From Phaeosaccion multiseriatum (lineage: Eukaryota; Protista; Ochrophyta, other classes), in contig OZ218956.1 of the NCBI GenBank assembly GCA_965112735.1, forward strand, positions 1,054,001 through 1,118,000: a DNA stretch of 64,000 bases. The letters run 5' to 3'. Positions 12,964-25,594 of the stretch are shown piece after piece. Position numbers and translations under genes: made by a program. Numbering within the stretch: the stretch's first letter is position 1; every line of letters starts with the position of its first letter. Below the pieces are notes generated by a model. It had not been told where the DNA came from, did no database searches, and saw only the letters and a program-made list of their open reading frames with translations.

Positions 12964-13525
12964 CTGCTACAGTTAGAGGGGGAGACCATGGTATTAGATA
13001 GTTGTAACAGCAATTTTATGGGGGGTAGAAGAGAGAGGGAGAGCGATACAAGAGGGATACACAAAGATAGAGAAAATGGAGAGCAGAGAGAGCGACGTGG
13101 TAACGCGCCAATAGAATAAATATAACCTTGGCCCGTGGGAGTGTAAGACGATTGGGGGGGGGCGGGCGGCGCAGAGGTGCAGGTGCAGGTGCAGGCTGCC
13201 TTTGCGCGTGACTTTTGGCAGGTCTTGGCCACGCCTGCGGCGGTCCTATCCGAGGCGGACCGGGAAGAAAAGCTTCCCATACTGAGGGCAAGTTATCTCC
13301 CGTACAAATAAGATGAAAGAGTGAAAAGTGAAAAGAAAAAGAAAGAACAGAGTTGAGTGCCATCTGTGCGTGTTGGTGCTCCAAAACCTCGAGACCGGTG
13401 AGCTTTACTTTATAAAAAAAAAAAATTAAAAGAAAGCCCAGCAACACGACAAAACCACCACCCAAAATGATTTAGGCTTGCTTTGCAGAAGAGGCCGAAG
13501 AAGGAGAGGGAATCTTCTGAGAACC

Positions 13526-15574
13526 ATGCTTGCAGCCTTCGGCGTCAAGCTTCTGGTGCTCTCATTGGCAGCATTGGGAGTTCAGGCTCTGGAAGAAGTG
13601 GGTGTCGGAGGGGCTGACGTTTCCAAATCAATATCTCTGTCATTCCGCATAGACGGTCAGCCCGACTGGTATCGAGATGTGGTTGTTGACGGGGAAGGAG
13701 AGCCTCTTTATAACCGGTTTGTGACCAGTTGGTGAGTATTATTGAGAACAAGGGAAGAAGAAAAAAGGGAAAAGAGATAGGAGGTAGAATGATGCTAATG
13801 CGTATCCCTTCCTCTCCTCATCCTTTCCTTACCAGTTCCAGTATAATGGCGGATGATATTGGTGACTGCGTGATGCATTGCTTTGAGTTGGTTGAGCTCA
13901 AGTACGGTACAGACGACCCGGCACTGCAGCCGGAGGAGGCTTTGGTCTTGGGTGCACTCCAACGCCCCGACACTGTGAAGGTCAGTCGTGCTTTCGCCCT
14001 GTCGGTTCCCCACATCTTTAATCGACTAAGTGCGTGTAGTTTGCCCCGGCCTCTTGTTCCCTAAACGCAATGCGCAGGAGGGCAGTCCTTCGAAGATCCA
14101 CTCAGACGCCTACCTGAATCTCGCGGTCGGCGCCATCACGGGAAAGCTTTATCCCGAGGACACTCTCCGCAATGGGTATGAGCAGAGCAAGTCGAACGAT
14201 TACCAAAGGTATGTCGTCCTTTCCCCCAGCCACTCCCTATTCCTGATTGTACTTGCCTCACACCAATTCTCAAACCTGCTCCTGTGCCACTGGCGCCGCC
14301 GCTCCCGATCCTCTCCCCTTCGCTGCTCTGAACAGAGACAATGGGGTTGACTGGCCCACGCTCGGCTACACCATGGTGGGCACACACCGCACCCAGCTGC
14401 TGCGCACCGTACTCGAAGTCGTCATCAGCGAGGGGATACCGGGGGACTTCCTCGAGGCGGGGGTGAGTGCGGTGCTTGACTTTGCTTTGGCCTCCCATCC
14501 CCATGGAATTTAAGTGCGTCATTCGTTCTTTAAAGTTTCAAACTGCGCGAATCGTAGCCATCATCTCTTTCCTCCGTCTTGCTCAAGCCCTTCTTGTTTG
14601 TTCCTCCGAAAGGTGTGGCGCGGAGGCCAGAGCGTGTTCGCAAAGGCCTTACTGGACTGGTACGGGGAAGGGTCACAGCGCACGGTGTTCGTGTGCGACT
14701 CCTTTGAGGGGCTGCCCCTCCCCTCCAATCCTGAGCAAGATTCGGCCGTATGGAGCGAGATGGACTACCTGCGGGTGGGCCTGCCGCAAGTCAGAGACGC
14801 CTTCGATCGGATGGGTGTATCCCAGGAGAACGTACAGTTTGTCAAGGGCTTCTTCCGTCACTCCATGCCCGAGCTACGGAAAGTTTGGCCTGGAGTGGTG
14901 TTCTCCATCTTACGGGTACGTCGGAGCAATGGATGGGGGAGCGAGGTCGTTAGCCACACGTACATACTGTCACCTCCGATGAGGGAGCAAGCTGGCAGGA
15001 GAATATGCAGGCCTACTTGGCGGGTGTTAGAGCATAGTCAGCCTTCGCCCTGGCTGGGTCGGGGGAAGCGATGGCCCTCGAGCAAAGGAGGGCCCCTCAG
15101 AAGCCCTGCCGTGTTCGATTCTTAATGACGCGGTCCAATTACCTTTATTCGGTGTCTGTAAATGTCTCATCAGTTGGATGGAGACATGTTCGAATCGTAC
15201 TTCGACTGCCTCTTCAACCTGTACGACGCCTTGAGCATCAATGGGTTTGTTCTCGTCGACGACTACGTGGTAGTGGACGGACGAAGGGCCGTCACCGAGT
15301 TTCGCAGGTGAGCTGCACAAGCGACAAGCGCGCTTCTCCTCTCCTGCATCACTGAACAGGCACGCTCGTTTCGCGCAGGCGATCTAATTCGCTCTCTCCT
15401 CCTACCTCCTCATCCTCGGTTATGTTTCCGGTGCTCTCCGACAGGATACACGGCATAACAGACACTCTCTATCTCACCAAAGACGGCATGGGCGCCTACT
15501 GGAGGAAGAGCAAGGAGGTGCAGCTCGACATGGGGCACTACTTCGAGGTCATGAAGCTCGAGTCCAGCAGCTGA
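13526..15574 (+). CDS. Secreted TylF/MycF/NovP-family sugar O-methyltransferase
   Basis: Signal peptide MLAAFGVKLLVLSLAALGVQA. Motifs DWPTLGYTMVG, IPGDFLEAG|VWRGG, VCDSFEGLP, FVKGFF, SILR|LDGDMFESY, VLVDDY, AVTEFR, GAYWRK. Stop TGA at 15572-15574. Confidence 0.9.
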
Positions 15575-15969
15575 GGCCGCTGCTTCGAGGTATCGAGGCC
15601 GGGGTCCAGCGATTGTGGAGTGCTTGCAGGCCATCGCAGGCCATCGCAGGCACGCCATGTGCAATACTTGCTGCCGCGATGTTTTCCCTTCCCACCGCTC
15701 GGAACCGTACACATGCAGACCGAGGGAGACCCACGTCTCTTCCTGGGCAACACGCACATTCAGTGTCTTCGGCTCTCACTCTTGGTCTAGAGGAGCTAAA
15801 ATAGCACCACTAGAAGCTCCACAGGCTTGAAAGTGCAACTGCATCACACCCCACTCCGATTGTACACTGGGATTTGAGGCACGATAGCTGGAGCTGCTAG
15901 TACCCTACACTTGCGGTTGAGAAGGAGTGATGCAAAAACACTGGCAGCGCATCTCTTCCTTCCCTCCCC

Positions 15970-16378
15970 TCACTTCATCCTTGATCTTAAAAGAAGCTCC
16001 GCACCATCCTTCGACGTTGATAACCCATGAGCTGAGGCAGCGACATAGACTCCCACTCCCACCCTTCCGTCTTGCATGAGCGAGCTGTGCGTCACACCAG
16101 GGCCCCCGAGGATCGCCTGCACTTCCAGCGGGGGAGAGGCAAGCACCAAGCCGAGTCCCAAAACGTCTTCCCACGCGCGCTTAACGTCAAAGTACAAGTC
16201 GTCCACCACGAGGACGTGCCAGTCTCTGTGTGAGACAAACAAGACCCCAAAACACAGGTGCACCGATTCATCGGGGGGGAGGAGGGCCTTTCGTGTAAGC
16301 GGACGGTTCGCAAAGACAAAAGGCTGACCCAAAAGCAGGACGCTGAGTGGGTCAGAGAGGTTGGCAAAACCCGTGCTT

Positions 16379-16416
<38 letters not shown>

Positions 16417-17990
16417 CACTTGCTGGCGAGGTCCTTGAAGTTCACAATGTCCGCCAAGGCCGTGCTGTACGAATGGCCGCCGTCTACAAAGATCATGTCA
16501 CACATGCCCAAAGATTCACTCTGTTCACTCCGCTCTTCCCCGGGCCCGATCTGCAAGGTCCGCTTCATCTGCCTCACCTGCTCGAAGAGGGTGGAGCCGC
16601 GCGGAAGGCGAGAGGGGTGGAAAGTAATGGAGAAGAGAGGGATGAGTGGGAGGGCGAAGAGAGGAGGGCAGGAAAGATAATTGTTCTGTTGCTTGCCCCA
16701 GAATACACGGCAAATTATAAACACCTCCTCTTTATGAGGAATGTTCGACCCCTGACACACTATCGCCCACATTCTCGATAGCGCGCTATCGGCCGCGGCC
16801 GTCAGGGGTCGAGAATGTGCGCTTTGGAGATTCCCAAAGTCTCTCCTAAAGGGCGTTCCAACCATTTTAAGCCTAGCTCCATTCACATCTACTCACCAGG
16901 GATGGGATAGAGAGCTCGGAGTCGCCAAGGACGAGGTTGAAGTCTGCATACGGGAAGCTCGATTGAATGTAACGGTTTGCAACTTGGGAATACCACCACG
17001 ATCCCAAGTCGAAGCTCAGAACGTGCACGGAAGGGTCGGCCGTGAGGTAGCTAAGGGCTGACCTGTAGAGTGTAAGGGCAAAAGCGATGTAGTGATGATG
17101 GATGTGGTTCACCGGAGAAAATGAACTATGCGGGTAGAGCATCGTTACGCACCTTCCCATGTTGAATCCAACCTCGCAGATGGTCTTGACTTGGGGAAGG
17201 GCGGCAAGCTCTTGCAACAAAAACACTTTGGCGGGGAAAGAGGTAATGTCCCCCTCGTATCGCCTGTCTGTCTGCGGATGCTCGGCAAGATGTTCGTCCA
17301 TGGTGTTGCGAAGAGCGAACACGTGGTGCAGGAGCTGCGCCTCTCGAGAACAGGTCACGCACCCAGCAGCTACTGAGTCTTGAGAAGTCCCTCTTCCCTC
17401 ATCACCTAGAGAAGGCGGGGATGCTCCCTCGACTCTGGGCCGGTAGCATTTCGCCACGTTATCAGACTCGTCGCAGCCGGAACCCTCCTCTCCACAATAC
17501 CACTCAAGAAGCTGCATCACACATATCTCAAGCTCTTTGTCGACCACCAGAGCATCTCGGCACGAGGCCAAAGCCACCAGATGGGGGGGAGAGGCGCGAG
17601 GCCACAAGGGCGTTGCCGCGCTGCTGTTGCTCGCGAAGTTTCCGTCCGCCGAGGAAGACATGAAGCTAAACTCTAAGTTCACTTCCTGCGCAAAGGACAA
17701 GTGCACGACGTGTAGAATGCGGGCGGCTGCTGAGGTGCGAAGTTGGAGGCTACAGATGCAAGGGTCACGGAAGCTCATACCTTCCACAAGCCACCCTCCA
17801 ATTCGTCGCTCCCTTCTAAGACCTGAGTGTGATGGGAACACCAAGAAAGAGGCAGAGGTCTCCGCATCAACAACAAAAAAGAGAAAGAGGATGTATCTGT
17901 GCTCTCCTTCCCTCAACACTCACATTTGGTGGATGCCATGCACTGACTCCCACGCACGCCAACAAGTGGTAAAATAGGGTTGATGTATAC

Positions 17991-17992
<2 letters not shown>
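15970..17992 (-). CDS. Secreted class I SAM-dependent methyltransferase (Methyltransf_24-like)
   Basis: First exon MYTSTLFYHLLACVGVSAW followed by a GTGAGT donor. Core KTICEVGFNMG|SALSYL, VLSFDLG, LVLGDS, CDMIFVDGGHSY, VLVVDD. Confidence 0.8.
16745..16812. mobile_element. 68-bp MITE-like element (family A, short copy) inside an intron
   Basis: 12-bp TIR TCGACCCCTGAC...GTCAGGGGTCGA flanked on both sides by GAATGT. Internal CACATTCTCGATAGCGCG is the reverse complement of sequence in the copies at 34.8 and 38.3 kb. Confidence 0.75.

Positions 17993-18024
<32 letters not shown>
17993..18024. repeat. (AG)n microsatellite abutting the start codon of the 15970-17992 gene
   Basis: Visible dinucleotide run. 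Confidence 0.9.
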
Positions 18025-18025
<1 letters not shown>

Positions 18026-18380
18026 AGTTGGTTTAATCGGGGGGTTCGAGAGAGGAGCAGCTCTCTCTCAAACTATGTTGGCAGGTAAAAGATACGATTT
18101 AGAGAACCAACACGCCTCCTTCGGCAGGAGAAGTTTTTCCCTCCTGCCGATAAAGTCTCCTGCCGACAGCCGACACAAACACCTAATATTCATACACACC
18201 CGGCAGCCTCCTTCTTCTCGCTCCACGGCTTGATTGCGTCCACGCTCTGTACGAAGAAGATGCACCTCCAATTCGTTTCTCGAAGGGGCAGTCACGGCGT
18301 TTGACGAGGACGCTGTCACAGTGCTGATCGTTTTTACAGCAGGCTTCTCTGTGACAGAAGGGGCGATGTGCATTGGCAAC

Positions 18381-19880
18381 ATGCTGCTCGCAATCTCACT
18401 GGCGCTGCTGCTCTGGCCAACAGCCGTCCAGGCGGGGGCAGGCGATGTCGGCGAACCAGCAATGGTTGTGTGGGACTTCTGCCACCAGCAGCTTCCCCCC
18501 ACCCACGGCAAGCAGCAGGAGAACCATCCGCAGAGGGACTTACTACTTCAGTGTATCGAACGGGGCGCTCGGGTTTGTGGAGTTGACTTTGAAGAGCGGT
18601 TGTATGGACACGAACGCCAGCAGCAGCAGGAGGAGGAGGGGCAAAAGGGAGGGGCTTCTCGCTCCTTCATAGAGCGAGATACAGGCTACCTTGTCATGCC
18701 TCCAGCCTCCGCTCAGGAGTGTGCTTTGATCCTCGCCCGTCACAGAGATTCATGGGTCATGGCTCCACCCGCGGTTGATGTAGATTGTACTTCCGAGCGC
18801 ATGCGCGGAGAAGAAGGGAGCCCACCGCAGATCCTCATTCGCAGCCCTCTACACGGCACGACCGTCGTCTCCGATGCCGTGGGAGTGTCTTACTCCGTCA
18901 CTCCCCAATGTGTCTCCAGCTCAGCGAAAGTGGAAGGAGAAGCCTCCATAGGGGGTGGCGGTAGAAGCAGTACCACAGCTTTGCTCGTTTGCCTGGACCA
19001 CGTGCGGCTTGACCCGCGTGTCGCGCTGAACGATCACGTACAAGTCGCCAACAGCGGCAGAGACCAGGAGCATGAGTATGAGCATGAGCAGCGTGTGCGC
19101 AACTGCTGGATGAGTGAGGCTTCCACGGCGACGATGGAGGACTCCATTTGGCTTGAGGTGGGTCAGAGAGCAGCCAACACTCATAGCGTTCTCTCCTACC
19201 TGTCTTCTTCGTGCTGTCGCTCGTGTCGGAAGGCTTCTCCATTAGGCTAAGGAAGGGAATGTGCTGGGATTGGGGGGCAGAGAATTGGGGCTTCCGCTTG
19301 CTGCTTAGATGCGAATGTTGGGAGGACGAGCCACGTCACCGCCTAGGCCGTGCCCACAAGGCCTTCTCCTTCGCGCTTGACCTTCTTTTTTGGTCTCATC
19401 TCTCCCCTCTCAATCAAACCCTTTGAATTTCAGCTCGACCCAGGCTTCAGCTACTCTATTCGGCTTTCGCTCTACGCGAACGAAGATGGGGATGAAAGCG
19501 ACGGGGTCAGCAATGGGAGCAACGAAGAAGTCACCGCAGGCAGAACGGCCTTGTCCACCACTCCGAATGTGATTGTATCCGTAGCCCAAGAATGCCAACG
19601 GGCTGAGGCGATTGAGTCCGACAAACGTGAGGACGAAGAGGCGGCCAGCCCTGCCCCGAGGCTGTTCGACTGCTTCATCTTCTTCGACGAGCTGGAGCTG
19701 CTGGAGATCCGACTGCACGAGCTGCACGAGGTGAGGGAAACGTGCTTTTGGGGACTGCGGTGCCATGTACCATCGACTGACTTTCTTCGGCCAAACTGCC
19801 ACGCCATCTCATTCTCTCGTGGGTGGTTGGTTCTGAACAGTGGGGCTCGTCTTCTCCCCAAAGGAGAGGGTGCTTTGATT

Positions 19881-19948
<68 letters not shown>

Positions 19949-21652
19949 GCTGCTGCTATTGCTGCTGTTGTTGTTGTCGTTGTCTCCTCACGCTGTTCGT
20001 GCTGCTGCTCTCGGTGGCGTCTGTTAGGCAGTCGATGTGTTCGTCATCGCTGAGGCGTCAGAAACCTTCCAGGGGCAACCCAAGCCGTTACACCTCAAGG
20101 AGCGCTTGCTGGCCAAAGACCCGCGTTTCCTCCCCTTCCTGGACAAGCTGTTTCTCGTCCATGTGCCTCCCCTCCCATCTCCTTCGTTGAGCTCTGGGGC
20201 CGGTGCGGCGCCAGCATCAGACGGGGAAGAGGGAAGGGGGCAGGCCAACGGCGAGGAGGAGGGAGTGGGCACGAGCCACTCTTCGTTTTCGGCTGAAATC
20301 TACCAGGTAGGAACGGGGCGGGGCGTGTTGATGCTCTGCGCTGGGACTGACAGCTGTGGTGATTGCTATACCCGATTCTATGCGTATATTCCACCGTTTT
20401 CGTCCTCCCGTTCACCACGTTTGAACTTGGTTTTCTGGCCATCTGTATTTTTCTGCCTGGTTCTTGCAGCGGGAAGCCTTGGTGCGAGGTTTGGCCCAGG
20501 CAGGGGTCCGGAGGGTAGACTATGTCAAGTTTGGCGACGTAGACGAAATACCCACCCTCGGCGCATTGCACATGCTCAAGGGCTGCATCAACGTGCAGCT
20601 CCCCATCGTGTTTCACCAAGACTTCCACTACTACAGCTTCCACTGGCGGAAGCGGGCCACAATCGAAAACTACCACGTGAGCACTGACTTGCGGAGCTCT
20701 TGTATGAGAATGATTCGATCGCTTCCTTCCTCCACACACGCGCATCTTCCTCTCTGCCCTTCCCTTTGTCGCCGCGCTACCTTAGCAACCCTCGTGTTCT
20801 CAAGTGTCCTTTCCTTCCACCCGAATCCCTCTAGCCCCACCATATAGAAAGTTACCCTCCTGGTACAGACTGCACGTCCGCTCCTATTCGACGTGGCCTC
20901 GGCATGCTCATTCCTGCTCCCCCCTCCCTACCCTTGCCAATACGCCAATAGCTGACGCAGGCTAGCTTGCTCTCGGCTGTGCGCCTCTCCGTTCTCCGGG
21001 GCACGGGTTACAGCAAGACCTTCCCCGTGGATGTGGCGAGAGATGTGTCCGGAGTATTGCCTGTGGCAAGGCTCACCAACGGGGCAGGCTGGCACTGTAG
21101 CTACTTTGGGGGGGTGCAGGTGAGGCGGCGCGGTCTCTTCTCGGGTGATGAGAGCTGTTGCGCAAAGAATAGAAGGGGTATCTCGAAAGCAAAGTGAATT
21201 AATGTCTCTGTCTGTCTGTCCTTCCTGCACCTATTCAGAGCATCATCCGGAAGATTGAGTCCTTCTCCCACGACGAGCTGAACAGGGGAGGTGAGAAGAG
21301 TGTGTGTGGCGGGGCGGCTTGGGGGTGTTCGTGGACCCCCTAGAGCCTCACACACTGAAGCGATGCTTGTCCTTCTTTCCCCCACTACTGCTGCCCTCAA
21401 CACTTGAATTTCCTTTCAGAGTTCAAGGACCCCGCCAGCATAACCTTGCGTGTGCACAGTGGGGAGGATCTGTTCGGGCGGGGAGGCGTAGACGAGATGG
21501 ACTTTGTGGCTGCTCCCACGGTGCCTCGCCTCGTGGCCAGCGAGAGCGCTTTGGGAGAAGGGCGCTTCCTCTACATGGCACCTCATTGCCGAGGCTTTAC
21601 GGGCAATCCTCCGGTGTGCATCAGTGACAAGCATCGAGAAGGGAAGGCGTGA
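18381..21652 (+). CDS. Secreted GT17-family glycosyltransferase (GnT-III-like) with an N-terminal Ig-like module
   Basis: Signal peptide MLLAISLALLLWPTAVQA. Motifs LFDCFIFFDELELLEIRLHEL, FVIAEASETFQGQPKPL, YQREAL, FGDVDEIP, FHYYSF, GWHCSYFGG, KIESFSH, GEDLFGR. Confidence 0.88.
19881..19949. repeat. (TTG)n microsatellite in a GT17 intron
   Basis: Visible trinucleotide run between the donor at ~19731 and the acceptor at ~20027. Confidence 0.95.
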
Positions 21653-22059
21653 AGCATCCCCAGGGCCTCTTGAGAGCTCCATGAGCCGCTTCGAGGAGGC
21701 CGATCAGCAGCAGCAAGGGGGTTTCACTTTGCAAGCGCCAGACGCGGATACACCCGTTTGACGTCTCCGGCTTCAAAAACTGCTTGTTTTGGGCGACTGA
21801 AGGTTTTCGGGCGGCTCAGGCTCAGCCTGAGGGGCCGCTCTAACTCGTCTACAGCATTCCATTACATTCTGTTGTTGAATGTTGTTCAGTGGGAAAGAAG
21901 CTCTCGGGCTCTCTCCATCTCAGTCAATCGCCGGGGATCCACCATGGCTTGGAGAGGCGCTACTACTACGGTAACATTCGGACGGCCCCCGTTCATGTAA
22001 ATGTCTCAAGTCGAGCATTTGATTGGGAGGGAAGAAGTCGGGCGAAGAGACGCTGCCAC

Positions 22060-25000
22060 TCACTGAACAAGCCTCGGGTTGACGGCTGAGAGCACACCGT
22101 CTCTGACGAGCACGGGCCCGAAGGGCGTGAGGTTCATGGTGAAGAACGGGAAGTCTCTTGTAATGACCCAACCGTGCTCCTGCAGCAGCGCCCGTAAGTC
22201 GTCGTGGATGAGCATGGAGTGTGTTCCGATGTGCATGTGCGCTACCCTCTCGTCGATGACAGACATGGAGGCCATCATCACTTCGTGCTCCGAGTTCTGA
22301 ATGTCGAGGTCTAAATAGTCCACCTGCACAGTGCAGGACAGCGGCAAGTGCAAGGGGGTCGGGGGGTGGTGGGGTCAGAAACTGGGGCCCAAGCAGGTAG
22401 GCAGGCTTCCTTCGAAGAGGCCGTCCAGTACTGCGCACGAACTCCGCACCTTTTCGTACTGCTGAATCACGTCGTGCAGATGCACAGCCCAGGGCATCTT
22501 CTCGTCCACTTGAGAAGGACACGAATGAGATGAAACGGGACGGACAGGAGAGGAGAGCGGGTCAGATAGGAGGAGGAGAGAAAGGCAGAGAGGACGGGGG
22601 ACAAGCGACTGTTTGGCGGTACTCTCTCTTCGCTACAATACATAAGCTTTGGGGTCGCATGGGGTTTCCTTCTCACCAAAGCACGGCCAGACGTCGACGT
22701 TGCTCATGGGAATGGAGTTGCGTGCGAAGTGCTCGTGCATCTTCTTCAGGTTCTCGGGGCTGCTCTCGGCCAAAACGAGCGTGTAGGGGAGGTTGTTCAT
22801 ACCGCGATTTAGACCAACAGCCTGGGTGGGGGACGAGGGCAAGGGAGAGGGGGCGGCAGTTCCGCTCGCAAGCCGGGGCGAGGGCAAGAGAGAGGAGGGG
22901 ATGTCAGCAGTTGCGCTCGCATAGCCGGGCGAGCCAAGACAAGGAGTCCCCCTCACTCAGTCTGGCAGCACAGCTCCGAAATGAGTGCCAAGCTGTAGCG
23001 TGGCACCCCTAAGAACTCTCTCGCATGCCGTCCACTCCTTGCCGCAGAAGAGGGAGGAGTTGGGATGGTTGGTTCCTGATTCACTCACCCTGCCCGTCCA
23101 TACACCATACCCTGCCCCGAGCTCCACCACCACGAGCTGGTCCCGAGCCGCTCTCACTGCGGCGGTCAAATCCTGCTCAGCCAAAGAGAAGGAGCAAGGG
23201 CACGGGTCGGGACAGCAGTTGGGGGTTGGTGAGCGGGCAGGCAGACACACAAGGAAGGAAGTATGTAGTTATGTACACAAGAGTGGGTCCCTCTCCATCA
23301 CTATGCTCGAGACTCTCTTACCATCCATTCGAAGAACTCTTCGCCGACTTGCGGGTATGGTCGCTGCACGTGTTGGTCCACCGCCGCGTCCGATGGGAAA
23401 ATTAGCCTGTGAGTGACAAAGGGACAAAAAGCAAGGCAACAATGGGCCAGCGGCAGCATAACAAGAGAGCCGCACCACACAGATATAGAGGAGGTCATGG
23501 AAAGTCGGGTGGGAAGGGCTCTTGAGCCATGTCAACACAGGAGAGAGGAGGGTAGCGCGGGCAGGGTAACGGCAGGGCCGTAGACAGACAGGCCAGACTG
23601 AGAGCTTCCGAAAGTGTCGCTGTAAGCCCCAGGCTGGGCTGGTCTCAGAGACGACCAAGGCGCCTGGCCACGGGGGAGACTTACGATTTGCCCAGACTAT
23701 GTGGCTGGCCTGTCAACATCCGAGCCCATTCCTGAAAAGAAGGGCGGGAGGGAGGGGTAGCACAGTAAGATGGTGGTCGTCTCTCGTTCAATCGAATACC
23801 CACGCAAATCTCTCCCTGTCCAGTTCCTTACTTCATAAAGTAGGCAGTCGTAGGAGCGCCCCGGGGCCCATGTTCGATAGTTGATGGTGGATGAGGACGG
23901 CCGGACGGACATGCTTTGGCGGAGAAGAAGGGGAAAGAGAGGCTTGTGAGGAGGAAGGCAATCGAAAAGGCAAGGTCCTACAGGCTCTTGCCCGGTAGGG
24001 ATCAGAGTGTACGCCGAGGAGGCAGAGGGCCGCTTCAAAGCCGGTCTTGAGTCTTAACGTGTGTGCAGGCCAAGTCCCGGAAGAGGACTTACCCCCCAAT
24101 ATCATTGCCAAGAAACTCCCAGTCCTCCTGCGAGAGAAGAGAGGGGAGGGAGGGGAAGGTGAAGGTGAAGGGGTGAGGCAGTGCATGGGGACTCAGTCGC
24201 TTACAGGGCTGTTTTCCTCTTACCCGACAGTCGAATGTGTAGTCAGTCATGATGCCGGTGAAGTCGGTGACGACTCCGGGTATGAAGGGCCCAACGTAAG
24301 GCGTCAGCTCCGAGAAAACAGGGCTCTGCTCACGCGGAGAGCAGCGGGAGGGTTGGAAAGCAGCGGGAGAGACTGATGAGAAAGCATTTTCCAACGAGAC
24401 TGAATCGATACCCCTCTCTGGCAATAAGAGGGGAATGACTGACGGCAGCGAAGAGAGACTCAACCGCCTGTGCCCGCACCTGCATGTAGCACCGCTCTGG
24501 ATCGAAGGCGTTGAACACCCCCAGTCTGGACCACACCTCCTCCATGGGATTGGACATGGGAGGGCGGCAGATGTTATTGTGCACCTGAGCCGGGCCAAGG
24601 GAAGCAAAGGCATGGTGGGGGAGTGGGGTAGAGGAAATGTTGGTGCATGCCATGGCGGACATGTGTCCACTAATCCACCCCTCGTTTACCTCTAAGCGAG
24701 ATTCGTACTCCAGCATCATGAGGAAGAGGTTCTCCTGTAGTCCAGGATTGACAGGCAGCTGGGTATAATGTGCCCACGTGGGCTGCTTCATCCCCTCCTG
24801 CTTGCCCCGCTCCAAGTGCTCCTTCACCAGTCTTTGCCTCCTGCGCCGCCCCTCTATGGGCGTGGCTCTGCACTCGTCAACGCCATCCTCATTTTCAGGC
24901 TCGCATGTCAGCCATTGATCGTCAAGCTCTTCACTCTCTGCATCTTCTTCTGCGTACCGCGTCCAAGGCTCCTTCACTGCCTGTTCAACCGTTGTCACGA

Positions 25001-25304
25001 GCCTCGACAACAGAGCCCCCTTCCGGGCGGGAGCGTCGTCCCTCCCTTCAGGGTAGTGCTCCTCCAGCCACGACATGACAGAACCGTACACAGAGAACCC
25101 CTTCTTGACGTGTAGCAATGGCCTGGTGTCCGCGTCGCGGCCACTGCTCGGAAGGAGGGATGAAAGATCCACCTGGGCAACGATCTGTTGCCCCCCTTCA
25201 AGCAGCAGGGGATCCTCGTACATGTACGAATCAGAGCGTGATAGCCACCCCCCAGTAGCTGCAGCGGTCAGAGCAATGGAACGACGCCTGCACACCAATC
25301 GCAT
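22060..25304 (-). CDS. FkbM-family SAM-dependent methyltransferase with a long N-terminal extension
   Basis: Spliced motifs PQVGEEFFEW, VVVELGAGYGVW, LVLAESSP...HFARN, VDYLDLDIQNSE, HMHIGTHS, DGVLSAVNP, as in bacterial FkbM-type enzymes. Confidence 0.75.
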
Positions 25305-25594
25305 GGTGTCAAGAAGGAAACACTTAAATAAGCTAAAAAACGATGTCCAGTAATGCTTCGCAGCTCAAGTTAGACAAGAAGAGGTAAGAAGAAAGCAAGA
25401 AGGGAGGGAGAGAGCCAAGATACGCGCAGAACAATCTCCAGAGACGCTTCACAGGTCGAGCAGGAGAAGAGAGACAAAGGGGAAAAAAAAGGCGGTAAAG
25501 GCGTTGACTCTGTGAATTTTGGAGAACCAACACACGATCTTCACTTCTCTTTTTTTTGCTACAGTTGTACAGTGGATTGCAGTGTGTATTGCTC

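Noticed and set aside
19350-20053. Poly-Leu/poly-Val transmembrane-looking ORFs
   Set aside because: They come from the intronic (TTG)n repeat. The same applies to the poly-Leu/Cys/Ser/Ala ORFs at 32.8-33.5 kb.
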